Virus record (IMG/VR): IMGVR_UViG_3300045391_006539
Source: a virus
Taxonomy: Duplodnaviria > Caudoviricetes
Direction: 5' to 3' (one strand)
Length of the DNA: 64,000 nt
The position numbers and the translations under genes were made by a program. Below, piece by piece: positions 19,820 through 28,261 of this stretch (positions are counted from its first letter, which is position 1; each line of letters opens with the position of its first letter). Below the pieces are notes generated by a model, which worked only from the letters and a program-made list of their open reading frames with translations, did not search any database and had not been told where the DNA came from.

Positions 19820-21207
19820 CGAGGTGGAGTCCAGCCAGCAGGAGCCTGTCCCCAGCCCGCGGGAGGTGCCTGTACCGGCTGCTGCTGCTGCTGCTGCTGC
19901 TGGGGCGGCTGGTAGCCATAGGGCGCCGGCGGTTGGACGGGCTGTTGCTGTCCCCCATAGGGCGCCGCGTACTGGTTGGGGTCGTAGCCGTACCCTGCCG
20001 GCTGGTACTGCTGGGGCTGGTAGCCCTGCGGCGCCGGTGGCTGGTACTGCTGTGCTGCCGCCTGAGTGTTGGGGTGGCCGAAGAGCTGCACCTGGTCTTC
20101 GTAGGGCGTAGGCGCGAACTTGGTGAGCACGTTGGGCAGTTTCTCCATGACCTTGGCGTACATCGGGTCGATGGCCTTGGGTGGCGAGCTCCAGGGAATC
20201 ATCAACTGCGAAGTCTTGTTGACCTTGGTCTTGCAGAACTGGAAGTCCACGTCCCAGATGCTCGCGCTGCGGCCGTTCTGGCAGTAGCTGCAGGCCTGGA
20301 TGGCGTAGGGGTACGCCTTCTGGTTGCAGTTGCGGCAGGTGACGACCTGGTTGACGATTTCCTTGACCTTGTCTGCGGGGGTGGCGGTGTCTTGAATGGT
20401 TGGGTAGCTGCAGTGTGGGCACGCATAGGACTGCGTGTGCAGGCAGTTCTGGCCGCCGCAGTTCTTGCAATGCTTCTGTAGCATGTCGCTGTAGGCCTCG
20501 AGGGTCTTGAACATGCCGTAGTTCGCCGGCCAGGTCTGCACATGGCCCACCTTCCACTCGACTTGCTTGCCCTGGGTCTGCAAGTCTCGCGCGATGTGCT
20601 GGAACTCGGGTTCCTGCTGACCGATGTACTTGCGCCACTCCATGAAGGGCTGGCCGCCGTTCTTGCCTACGGAGACGCGGTTGTCCCTGTCGTACTGGTA
20701 GCCTTTGTAGAAGTGGCCACCCTGGCTCGGCTCACCGAGCTGCAGGATGATGAAGGCGTACTTCGTCGAGGCGCCCATGCGGTTGGGGTTCGTGGGCTTG
20801 TGCCCCGTCGCTCGCTCGATGCGCTTGCGTTCCTCGAAGTCCTCGTTCGAGATGTCGCAGCCGCGGCAGGGTTGCGCCTTGGACTTGTCTGCCCAGCGGT
20901 AGACACCGGCGGTGCAAATCATGCCCTTGCGCAGAGTGCCGTGGTAGTGCTCCACGAATTCGTACCAGCCCGTCTCTTCGACGATGACGGCTCCGGTGAC
21001 CTGGTCGATACGCTGGCTCTCGTACTTGCCGGGGATGAGTCGGACGAGGTCGGTGGAACCTTCCGGTGGCTCATAGTTGTTGGCCCAGGACGGCGAGGGT
21101 TTGCGGGGACCGTACTGGCGGCGGGCTGCGTTGCCCATGGCCTGAGAGCTCGTGGCTCCGAAGCCTCCGATGCGGGTGAGGTGACTGTCGTTTTTTCCAA
21201 AGCTCAA
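19816..21207 (-). CDS. gp32-like single-stranded DNA-binding protein with Zn-ribbon insert and Q/P/Y-rich tail
   Basis: VRLIP, EHYH, C...PCRGC pattern; four CxxC pairs; position between primase and polymerase. Confidence 0.6.
   Translation of the reverse strand: MSFGKNDSHLTRIGGFGATSSQAMGNAARRQYGPRKPSPSWANNYEPPEGSTDLVRLIPGKYESQRIDQVTGAVIVEETGWYEFVEHYHGTLRKGMICTAGVYRWADKSKAQPCRGCDISNEDFEERKRIERATGHKPTNPNRMGASTKYAFIILQLGEPSQGGHFYKGYQYDRDNRVSVGKNGGQPFMEWRKYIGQQEPEFQHIARDLQTQGKQVEWKVGHVQTWPANYGMFKTLEAYSDMLQKHCKNCGGQNCLHTQSYACPHCSYPTIQDTATPADKVKEIVNQVVTCRNCNQKAYPYAIQACSYCQNGRSASIWDVDFQFCKTKVNKTSQLMIPWSSPPKAIDPMYAKVMEKLPNVLTKFAPTPYEDQVQLFGHPNTQAAAQQYQPPAPQGYQPQQYQPAGYGYDPNQYAAPYGGQQQPVQPPAPYGYQPPQQQQQQQQPVQAPPAGWGQAPAGWTPPR
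19879..19902 (-). repeat. (CAG)8 microsatellite encoding poly-Gln
   Basis: Eight perfect CTG units on the + strand. Confidence 0.9.
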
Positions 21208-21716
21208 GGGGAGCCTCCAATCTGTTGTGCGGGGAAGTTGGTCTTGACGTATCCGGTATAGAGTTTGCGAACTGCTGTGTCGTAGGCTAGGGCGGCTTCG
21301 ACTTCTTCACTGAAGAGGCCGAGATAGGTGACTTTCCCTTTGGGAATCTTCACCTGCGCTTTCCACTTCCCACTCGGTTCCCACCAACTCACGCCCAGAT
21401 ACTGGCTCGATGTACCAGCTTTCTTCCGCTTGTTCTGGTTGTTGACAGATTGGTCTGCCACTCGAAGGTTACTGCGCTGGTTGTTCAGTCCATCTCCATC
21501 GATGTGGTCTACACCGCGTCCGCATCCAAGTACCTCCTGGTGCATCCATCTGAAGTAACCGTGGCCGCTGGCTTGCTCGGCGCTACTCCGCCGTCCTCTC
21601 GCGTACCAGTTGCCAGATGGTCCTTGGACTGCTTGCCAGTTGTACTGGTCCAGTCGTTCGTAGTCCTCGTCATCGACGAGAGCTACCTTTCCTCGTGTGA
21701 GGCCTATCGTTCTCAT
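21204..21716 (-). CDS. HNH-AP2 homing endonuclease
   Basis: ALVDDEDYE, VDHIDGDGLNNQRSNLR, SSQYLGVSW..KWKAQ..YLGLF..E.EAALAYD. Confidence 0.9.
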   Translation of the reverse strand: MRTIGLTRGKVALVDDEDYERLDQYNWQAVQGPSGNWYARGRRSSAEQASGHGYFRWMHQEVLGCGRGVDHIDGDGLNNQRSNLRVADQSVNNQNKRKKAGTSSQYLGVSWWEPSGKWKAQVKIPKGKVTYLGLFSEEVEAALAYDTAVRKLYTGYVKTNFPAQQIGGSP

Positions 21717-21718
21717 AG

Positions 21719-21787
21719 TTCGTCTGTTCTCTTTTCGTCTTTGAGGTGTTCGTCTTTGAGGGGTCTCGGTCTCTTAGAAGTTCGTCT
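21719..21787. repeat. Four TTCGTCT direct repeats (iteron/operator-like)
   Basis: Copies at 21719, 21734, 21749, 21781; the middle two extend to TTCGTCTTTGAGG. Confidence 0.6.
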
Positions 21788-22802
21788 ATTGAAGCTCACC
21801 TCTGGCGACCTTCGCGCGGAAGTCCCAAAAGTCGAGTGATTGCTCTTTGGCGCGTTGAATCTCTTCGGGAGTCAGGGAATCCGGTTGGGCCTTGTCGTCC
21901 TGCCGGAGTCTCTCAGGATACAGGATGACGCGCACGTTCATGCTCGGGCGGAGAGCTCTGCCCGCCCGCATGCAACCTTTCCATCCCGCATCGTTGTTGT
22001 CGAGAAATAGATACACCGTGGCGCCCGTGTCTTCGATAATCCATTGGTGTTGCTCGCTCATGTGGTCACCCATGAGCGCAGCGACATTGCCGATGCCGCA
22101 TTGGTGGGCCCACATGCAGGCCTTGAAGCCTTCGACGATGACTATCTCGCCGCCCTGCGTGCGGTGATAGAGGTCTGCGTAGCAGCGCCAGGCGTTGTAG
22201 AGGACGTTGGCCTTGCCCCAACTCTCACGCGGTGGCAAGTCCCAGACCTTGTACTCATCTGTGTAGATTTTGTAGCGAGGCTGTTGGTCGATGACGGTAC
22301 GGCCGCTGATGGCAACGAGCTGACCCCCGAGGTCGCGGATGGGATAGGTCACTCGCATGTGCCATCTATCGAAGCCGACGTCGAAGGTCTGCAAGGTCTG
22401 CTCCGTGAAGCCCGCTCGGAGCAGGTCATGCGGCACGTAATCGAGTAGACCCAGCAGCTTGTGGTCGATGGGGTTCTTGTCGAAGAGCTCGGCCTTGATG
22501 GGATTCTTGGCCGCTGGCAGGTGCTCCTTCGCAGCGTCGAGGAGCAACTTGTAGTTATTGAGAATCTCTTGCCTCGGCACGCCGAGGTCTTTGAAGAATG
22601 TGTAGAGGTTGCCCTTTGCACCACAGGCATGGCACAGGTAGAGGCCAGTCGAGAGGTGCATGGCGAAACTCGCACCGCGCTCCTCGCTACCATCGCTCTT
22701 TCTATGGAACGGACATCGACCAGTTGCATTCTCAGGTCCAGACCGACCTACTCCGTTGACGTAAGTCCTGAGGATGTTCTCAATCTCATACCGTACGTCC
22801 AT
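21786..22802 (-). CDS. dnaG: DnaG-type DNA primase
   Basis: CPFH...CHAC zinc finger, YPIRD..G..VAISGR, Toprim IVEG and LDNND. Confidence 0.9.
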   Translation of the reverse strand: MDVRYEIENILRTYVNGVGRSGPENATGRCPFHRKSDGSEERGASFAMHLSTGLYLCHACGAKGNLYTFFKDLGVPRQEILNNYKLLLDAAKEHLPAAKNPIKAELFDKNPIDHKLLGLLDYVPHDLLRAGFTEQTLQTFDVGFDRWHMRVTYPIRDLGGQLVAISGRTVIDQQPRYKIYTDEYKVWDLPPRESWGKANVLYNAWRCYADLYHRTQGGEIVIVEGFKACMWAHQCGIGNVAALMGDHMSEQHQWIIEDTGATVYLFLDNNDAGWKGCMRAGRALRPSMNVRVILYPERLRQDDKAQPDSLTPEEIQRAKEQSLDFWDFRAKVARGELQ

Positions 22803-23304
22803 CCCACTTCCTCACTGGCCTGAGTGCTTCTTCTGCTGAGCAGCCTCGATATAGTCGCACAGCGACAGTGGTGGGATTCAGCCCAAGCTCTTCTGCCCAG
22901 GCAGTCACGGTCTTACTCACCCCTTGAAATACGAGAAAGTGATTGGTGCGGCGATTGTTGGCCTGCTCCTTCTTCGTACTCCAGCAACAATTACTCGGTG
23001 TGTAGTTGCCATCATTGTCTCTCCGTTCGAGCTGTTTGCCCTTAGGCTGCTCTCCCATGTCGGCGAGGAAGTTCTCGAACTTGAGCCAGCGCTTGCAGAC
23101 CTTGATGCCGCGTCCACCGTAGTTGTGATAGGCGGCCTCAGTGGGGTTCAGGCAACGCCTTTTCATGGATGACCAGCAGAGATAGGTCTTGGACCTCCCA
23201 TTTATGGCCGTGGCATGTCCGTGCCTTCTCGGCTTTGGCACGCCTCGTTGTGCATCACCAATGCGCTTCTTTGTAATCTCCAGGTGGGGTGAGTATCTAG
23301 GCAT
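22786..23304 (-). CDS. Phage HNH-related homing endonuclease
   Basis: W.SMKRRC.NP..Y.NYGGRGIKVC.RW..FENFLADMG; ERRDNDGNY.P.NC.W....QANNRR; C-terminal HTH. Confidence 0.8.
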   Translation of the reverse strand: MPRYSPHLEITKKRIGDAQRGVPKPRRHGHATAINGRSKTYLCWSSMKRRCLNPTEAAYHNYGGRGIKVCKRWLKFENFLADMGEQPKGKQLERRDNDGNYTPSNCCWSTKKEQANNRRTNHFLVFQGVSKTVTAWAEELGLNPTTVAVRLYRGCSAEEALRPVRKWDGRTV

Positions 23305-23309
23305 TGTCT

Positions 23310-24770
23310 CTACCTGTTGTGGCCGTGTTGTAGTGGAAAGACCGAGTTGACGTGGCTGATGGCTCCCGCCATGCCGTTGATGTAGCCATCCATCTTCTGG
23401 TTGGCTTCTTTGAGTTCCCGCGCCGGCGTCATGCCATTGCTGGGCTTCTTGGCGTGTGCCTTCTCGTCGTCCTTGTCTCCGGAGTCCTTGTCCTTCGCTT
23501 TCTCGATGTCTTTGGCCGTGAGGAGAGAGTCCTCGTCATTGATGCCGTACTGCTCGAAATTCTGGGCAGGTACGGCATTGATGCGGAAGCCGTTGAGTTT
23601 GAACTCGCGCGCGCCGCCCATGACGACCATGGCCGAAGGCGAGTCCTTCTCGTTGATGACGCGAGAGACCATGGTGGCGTCTTGTCCAATGGCGTCCGAG
23701 AAGGCGAGCTCGTCGAGGTTCGCCTCCTGATGCTTGGCTGCTTGGCGGTTGGCCTGGAGTGTCGCGATGATGGGCACCTTAGTCTCCAGGTTCATCTGCC
23801 GCAGCTCGTTCGAGATGCTGGCGACCTTGTTGTGCTTGTCCTTGTTCTTGTTGACGTCGCTCATCAGATAGAGCCCGTCGACGAAGACCGCGTGTGGCTG
23901 GTACGTCTTCACCTTGCTCATGAGCCAGGGCACGGTGTCTCCACCGCGCGAGGCGTCTTTCCCAGACAAGGTGATGATGTTCTCGTCCCCACCCGTCCGG
24001 GAGATGATTTTGCGGGTCTGGTAGACCCGGACTTCCTCATCGTAGGTGAGTGCGCCCTCGCGGAAGCGGCCGTAGTCGACCTGGGCGATGCAGCAGATGA
24101 TGCGGTTGAAGACGTTCTCGGGCGTCATCTCCTTCGTGTAGATGACGATGCGCCGGCCTTGCATGAACAGACAGGCGGCGATGTAGAAGAGAATCCAAGA
24201 TTTGTAGCTCTTGGGCCGTCCGTAGAAGACGATGTAGTCATCGGGTTGGATGCCACCCGTGGCTCGCTGCAGGATGTTCCAGGGCCAATCGGCGACGGCG
24301 AAGGAGATGCCGTTCTTTCGCAGCTGGTAGTGATGCAGAGCTTGGTCGAAGGCGGTGCCGAACTTGACGTCGGTAATCTTGCCGCTGCCGAGCTGTACCA
24401 TCTCGGTTCCGAGCTGGACCATCTGCGCGGAGGCTTGGATGGGGTCGGTGTCTAGCAGCTCGCGAATCTTGTCGAGCTTCTCGGCGGCTTCCAGAGAGAT
24501 GCGAGACAGGCGGACTTCGGAGCAGAGCGCCTCCGTCGTCATGTGGGGGTCGTCACAGAGGACGAAGTTCGGAAAGACCTGCGTGCTCGCCGCTGGTCCA
24601 ATCACACTGCCGCGGGTCTGCGGCATCGAGTAATACGCCAGGAGATAGCCGTACATTTGGTGGGCGAGACCAGTTCGGAAGTCATCTTGCTGGATGCCCC
24701 ACTCAATACATCTATGTAGCTCTCCTCGGTTGATGATGCGGGAGATGAGTTGAAGCTCCCTACTTGACAT
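23310..24770 (-). CDS. dnaB: DnaB-like replicative helicase
   Basis: Walker A GRPKSYKS, TKEM, VFVDGLYLM, QANR, AFSDAIGQDA. Confidence 0.85.
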   Translation of the reverse strand: MSSRELQLISRIINRGELHRCIEWGIQQDDFRTGLAHQMYGYLLAYYSMPQTRGSVIGPAASTQVFPNFVLCDDPHMTTEALCSEVRLSRISLEAAEKLDKIRELLDTDPIQASAQMVQLGTEMVQLGSGKITDVKFGTAFDQALHHYQLRKNGISFAVADWPWNILQRATGGIQPDDYIVFYGRPKSYKSWILFYIAACLFMQGRRIVIYTKEMTPENVFNRIICCIAQVDYGRFREGALTYDEEVRVYQTRKIISRTGGDENIITLSGKDASRGGDTVPWLMSKVKTYQPHAVFVDGLYLMSDVNKNKDKHNKVASISNELRQMNLETKVPIIATLQANRQAAKHQEANLDELAFSDAIGQDATMVSRVINEKDSPSAMVVMGGAREFKLNGFRINAVPAQNFEQYGINDEDSLLTAKDIEKAKDKDSGDKDDEKAHAKKPSNGMTPARELKEANQKMDGYINGMAGAISHVNSVFPLQHGHNR

Positions 24771-24817
24771 CGGATACGCCCTTCAATTCAACCTCTGGGT
24801 GTACGGGTGCAGGCGGC

Positions 24818-24825
24818 CTTATCCC
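24818..24825 (-). promoter_or_regulatory. Candidate phage promoter GGGATAAG
   Basis: Same motif precedes several (-) units; intergenic upstream of dnaB; sits in the loop of GGCGG/CCGCC. Confidence 0.5.
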
Positions 24826-24899
24826 GCCGGTGCCTCCCGGTTTGCGGCAACCGGGGCTGACCATCCTGCTCGTACGAACAGGACCTGTCAAACGTCGAA

Positions 24900-24930
24900 G
24901 GCGGCTACCCAACCTCTTGGGGTAGCCGCC
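24900..24930. terminator. 11-bp GC hairpin (terminator or processing site)
   Basis: GGCGGCTACCC-9 nt-GGGTAGCCGCC downstream of the 24959 gene. Confidence 0.5.
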
Positions 24931-24958
24931 TCCTGTAACCACTAGGGGTTGTGTATGG

Positions 24959-25279
24959 CTACACCTGGTCAGCGTCCTGACCGAGGTGCTCACCGAGCCC
25001 GCCGAGCTCGAGCGGCCTCGACCCGTCACTCGCGACCGACTGCCCTTCGAAGTGCAGTCGTGCGAGGTCTTTCTCCATCTGAGCGCGTAGCTCGAGCAGC
25101 GCCTCGATGGTCTCTTTCGACCAGACGCTCCCCTCGGCCTTGGTCCAGCCGTGCGTGGCGTTGTTCGATGGGTTGACGAACGCTGCCTTGCCCGAGAGCG
25201 CGATGCTGGTGCCGGAGATTTCGGCGGACATCTCCTTCAGGTCGAGCGCGGAGAACTTGGGCGTGCCGCTGATGGCCAT
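24959..25279 (-). CDS. Hypothetical protein
   Basis: TGATG coupling with the vWA gene. Confidence 0.65.
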   Translation of the reverse strand: MAISGTPKFSALDLKEMSAEISGTSIALSGKAAFVNPSNNATHGWTKAEGSVWSKETIEALLELRAQMEKDLARLHFEGQSVASDGSRPLELGGLGEHLGQDADQV

Positions 25280-25896
25280 CAGTCGTGCAGGGCCTTGGTC
25301 GCAATCTGGATGAGGTCTTCGGCCTCCTCCAGCGCCGTCACGTCGACGACGTCGGCCTCAGTACCATCAGCGAACTTGGCGTTCAGCGTGTCGTCGAGTT
25401 CCACGAGGAAGCTCTTCAGGCTCGGATTCTTGCTGAGGTCGCCGACTGACAAGATACCGAGAGCCCACTCGTGTGGGTCTTTCAGCTTCTGGGTGATGCC
25501 ACGGATGGTATTCTTCACTGCGTCACGGTCGCTCGGCTCGCCGTCGGTGACGAGGAAGCAGAACGTCTGCTTGTTGCCGTTGTTGACGTGTGAGGCATAC
25601 GAGAGCTCGATGGCCTTGTGCGTATCGGTCTGCCCATCCGTCGCCTTGAGCGGCCCGATGACATCGCCCGCATTCTCCGCCGTGGCCTTGCCAATCCAAC
25701 GAGCGCCCTTGCCGAAGACGCCAATCTCGACGCCGTCCGGGTCGTATTTGACGGCCTGGTTGGCGAGTGCGATGGCCTTCTCCTTGGAATACTCCAGACG
25801 GGTAGCTCCAGAAGGAGTGTCCTTCTCGTTCATCGAGAGCGAGATGTCGAAGATGAACTGGAGGTTGTCGTCTTTGTTGAGTTCTTGCTGGCTCAT
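25279..25896 (-). CDS. von Willebrand factor A domain protein
   Basis: FIFDISLSM (DxSxS MIDAS), T, VTDGEP; AGGAG RBS before MSQQEL. Confidence 0.8.
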   Translation of the reverse strand: MSQQELNKDDNLQFIFDISLSMNEKDTPSGATRLEYSKEKAIALANQAVKYDPDGVEIGVFGKGARWIGKATAENAGDVIGPLKATDGQTDTHKAIELSYASHVNNGNKQTFCFLVTDGEPSDRDAVKNTIRGITQKLKDPHEWALGILSVGDLSKNPSLKSFLVELDDTLNAKFADGTEADVVDVTALEEAEDLIQIATKALHD

Positions 25897-26114
25897 GATT
25901 TTTGTTTCTCCTGTTTGTCCGTCGTAAACAGCCCGTAGAGTTGGGCCAAAGAGAAGTCTTCCTTGAAGTGCGCGCGTCCTAGCCAGAATGCGATGGTGAT
26001 GCCGGCATAGACCAACGTGCCGAGGAAGTTGCCTCGAATCACCTCGAAGAGGATGACGAACAGCAGCACTTCGATGGAACCGAGCTTGCGCTCGGTGATG
26101 GGACTGAACTTCAT
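25893..26114 (-). CDS. Small two-TM membrane protein
   Basis: Two hydrophobic stretches; ATGA overlap with the vWA gene. Confidence 0.55.
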   Translation of the reverse strand: MKFSPITERKLGSIEVLLFVILFEVIRGNFLGTLVYAGITIAFWLGRAHFKEDFSLAQLYGLFTTDKQEKQKS

Positions 26115-26131
26115 GGGAGAACTCCAAATGT

Positions 26132-26158
26132 GGGGCTAAAAGAGAGCCTTGGGCTCTC
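26132..26158 (-). terminator. Hairpin + TTTTAGCCCC terminator
   Basis: GAGAGCC/GGCTCTC stem followed on (-) by TTTTAGCCCC. Confidence 0.6.
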
Positions 26159-26168
26159 CCCACCTAGT

Positions 26169-26441
26169 CTATCTAGGTACATTCAGTGTGGGCAGCCCAG
26201 GCGCGAGCCAAGACATGCCGTTGTTGACGTACTGGGTGGCAATCGTGAAGCAAGCCGACGAGGCGGCATCCAGGGCAGCTTGGTTCTGCGGACACGAGAC
26301 AGCGACCGTGAACGAGCACTTGAGCTCACCGTACTGGAGTGAGCGTTGTACCGTTGCCGAGACTCTCGCTAGTTGCCCTCCGTTGTTCTGCACGTGCGCC
26401 GCGCAGGCCTTGTCCAGTAACTCGAATGCGTCTGTGCTCAT
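26169..26441 (-). CDS. Hypothetical protein
   Basis: GAGGG RBS before MSTDAF; ORF could start at 26504. Confidence 0.6.
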   Translation of the reverse strand: MSTDAFELLDKACAAHVQNNGGQLARVSATVQRSLQYGELKCSFTVAVSCPQNQAALDAASSACFTIATQYVNNGMSWLAPGLPTLNVPR

Positions 26442-26500
26442 ATATCCCTCTTCGTCGTAGATGACTACTCCTTCTTTCTCGACCACCCAGTGCCAGTGCA

Positions 26501-26980
26501 TCACTTGGGTTTGGGTGCGTGATAGGCGGATGTCGTCTTCTTGAAATCCTCACTCTCGGCGATGAGTTTCTTGGCGAGAGCGAGCTCGATTTTCTCGCTG
26601 TCGATGTCGTGAACCTTCACGGTGCTCTCCACGCCACCGATTTCCAGGAATTTGGCGCGACCGATGAGGGCATAGAGTCCCTCTGGGTCATACTTGATGC
26701 GCTCGGAGCGCTTCCATTCTCCATAGCCGATGTCTGCGGCACGAATGATTTTGTCGGCATTCTGTAGCTTCGTGTTGTGTTCCTCGATGAGCGCGAAATA
26801 CTCGCGCATCACTGGCTCGTTCGTCGCGAGGAACAGATTGAGGACTTTCTCTGCGTCTTTGAACTCCTGGTGGGCTTTGATGACGTCCTGCTCGATGGGT
26901 TTGAGCTTCGGGTCTGCGGCATCGAGTTGAACGGTGGCGGGCTTCTTGGGGGTCTTGGTGACTTTTTTCTTGGCTGCCAT
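26501..26980 (-). CDS. Hypothetical coiled-coil protein (Gam/Gp157-like pattern)
   Basis: Lys-rich N-terminus, coiled coil, short beta region; coupled to UDG stop. Confidence 0.6.
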   Translation of the reverse strand: MAAKKKVTKTPKKPATVQLDAADPKLKPIEQDVIKAHQEFKDAEKVLNLFLATNEPVMREYFALIEEHNTKLQNADKIIRAADIGYGEWKRSERIKYDPEGLYALIGRAKFLEIGGVESTVKVHDIDSEKIELALAKKLIAESEDFKKTTSAYHAPKPK

Positions 26981-27819
26981 CAGCCTTCCTCACTGGGTAG
27001 TAGGTCTTGTGGTGTGAGTCGTCCTGGCCTCGCGCCCGTCTCTCCGTAGACCACGCCGAGGTAGCGGTGGTAGATGTCCGCCACCATATGCATGTCTTCG
27101 ATGAAGACTTGCAAGGGATTCCCGTGACTCTGGTCGGCTTGCTTGTAGAGAATGTGCGCAGGGTGAAGTGTGATGAACATCATGTAGTTCACATAGTTCT
27201 GCTCCGTTGGAAAGTGGCTCTGGCCACGACTGCGTCTTTCCCAGTTGCCACTCGACGTCCGGTGGGGCACGCTCCAGACGCCCGGGACGTCCACCTGGGT
27301 CATCGTGCCGCGCTTCTCCGTGACTTTCACGGGACGGCGTAGGATTGCCTTTGCCGCTTCACCGCCGAGAGCGACGATGAACATGGGGTCGACGATGTAG
27401 ATTTCCTCATACAGTCGGGCGAGGCATGCATTGACGGCCGTGGTGGGCGGCGCTTCGTCTTGGATGACGGGGAGCATGACTCCCGAGCGTCGGTCCTTGC
27501 GGAACATCTCCTTGCCCTGATTGTCGAGTTTGATGCCGAAGGAACGACACGCGACGACGTTGCTGATGTAGCTATGCTCGGAGAGACCGAGCTTCATGAT
27601 GGCCGCACGCAGGACTTCTCCAGAACGGCCAATGAAGGGACGCCCGACCTCCGCCTCTGTCGCACCCGGCCCCTCTCCGATGAAGAAGATTCTCCCGAGC
27701 GCTCCCTCTCCAACCACCAACTTGCCGTAACTGCTCTCGCGCTTCTGTCCTAGTGGGCATCGTAGGCACCCCTTCCACTCGTCGTAGAGCTGAGCGAGGG
27801 CCTTCCTCGAATCAAGCAT
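26980..27819 (-). CDS. udg: Uracil-DNA glycosylase, family 4
   Basis: C..CPL, V.GEG, FIGEGPG..E...GRPFIGRSG, YISNVVACR, C, LHPA; start could extend to 27873/27882. Confidence 0.9.
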   Translation of the reverse strand: MLDSRKALAQLYDEWKGCLRCPLGQKRESSYGKLVVGEGALGRIFFIGEGPGATEAEVGRPFIGRSGEVLRAAIMKLGLSEHSYISNVVACRSFGIKLDNQGKEMFRKDRRSGVMLPVIQDEAPPTTAVNACLARLYEEIYIVDPMFIVALGGEAAKAILRRPVKVTEKRGTMTQVDVPGVWSVPHRTSSGNWERRSRGQSHFPTEQNYVNYMMFITLHPAHILYKQADQSHGNPLQVFIEDMHMVADIYHRYLGVVYGETGARPGRLTPQDLLPSEEG

Positions 27820-28261
27820 GTCCCGTGTGCATCTCCTTTCCGGTGACGAGACCCATGGCTTGGGCTCTTCCATCCATCGCAATTCTTATTCCGTTTCTGA
27901 TGAGTTCTTCATGCCAGTGTCGGTCGGAGGGAGCCATGTCCTCGAAGAACGCGTAGTCACAAGGTGTGAGAATGAGGCTTCCCTGCTCGATATTGAGGAT
28001 GTGGCTCACCGATTGAGCTTGAACCAATCGCTCGAGCACGGGAATCGGACCCCTTTCCGTCATCGTCGTCTTCTGGAGGACCGTGCAAAAGAACTCGAGT
28101 GGATAGCGCATGCGGATGGGGTTGCCGATGTGCTCGATGAAGTAGCGCCTATCCGTAAATGGGATTCCATGCTCGCAGCCCCAGAGTTGTCCAATGTACT
28201 TACCAGCAGGCGTGAAAGCGATGGCCCAGACGCCGGTGCGGAGTGCTTCGTCTATGTCCAT
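27812..28261 (-). CDS. Hypothetical protein
   Basis: In-operon ORF, 149 aa. Confidence 0.65.
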   Translation of the reverse strand: MDIDEALRTGVWAIAFTPAGKYIGQLWGCEHGIPFTDRRYFIEHIGNPIRMRYPLEFFCTVLQKTTMTERGPIPVLERLVQAQSVSHILNIEQGSLILTPCDYAFFEDMAPSDRHWHEELIRNGIRIAMDGRAQAMGLVTGKEMHTGHA

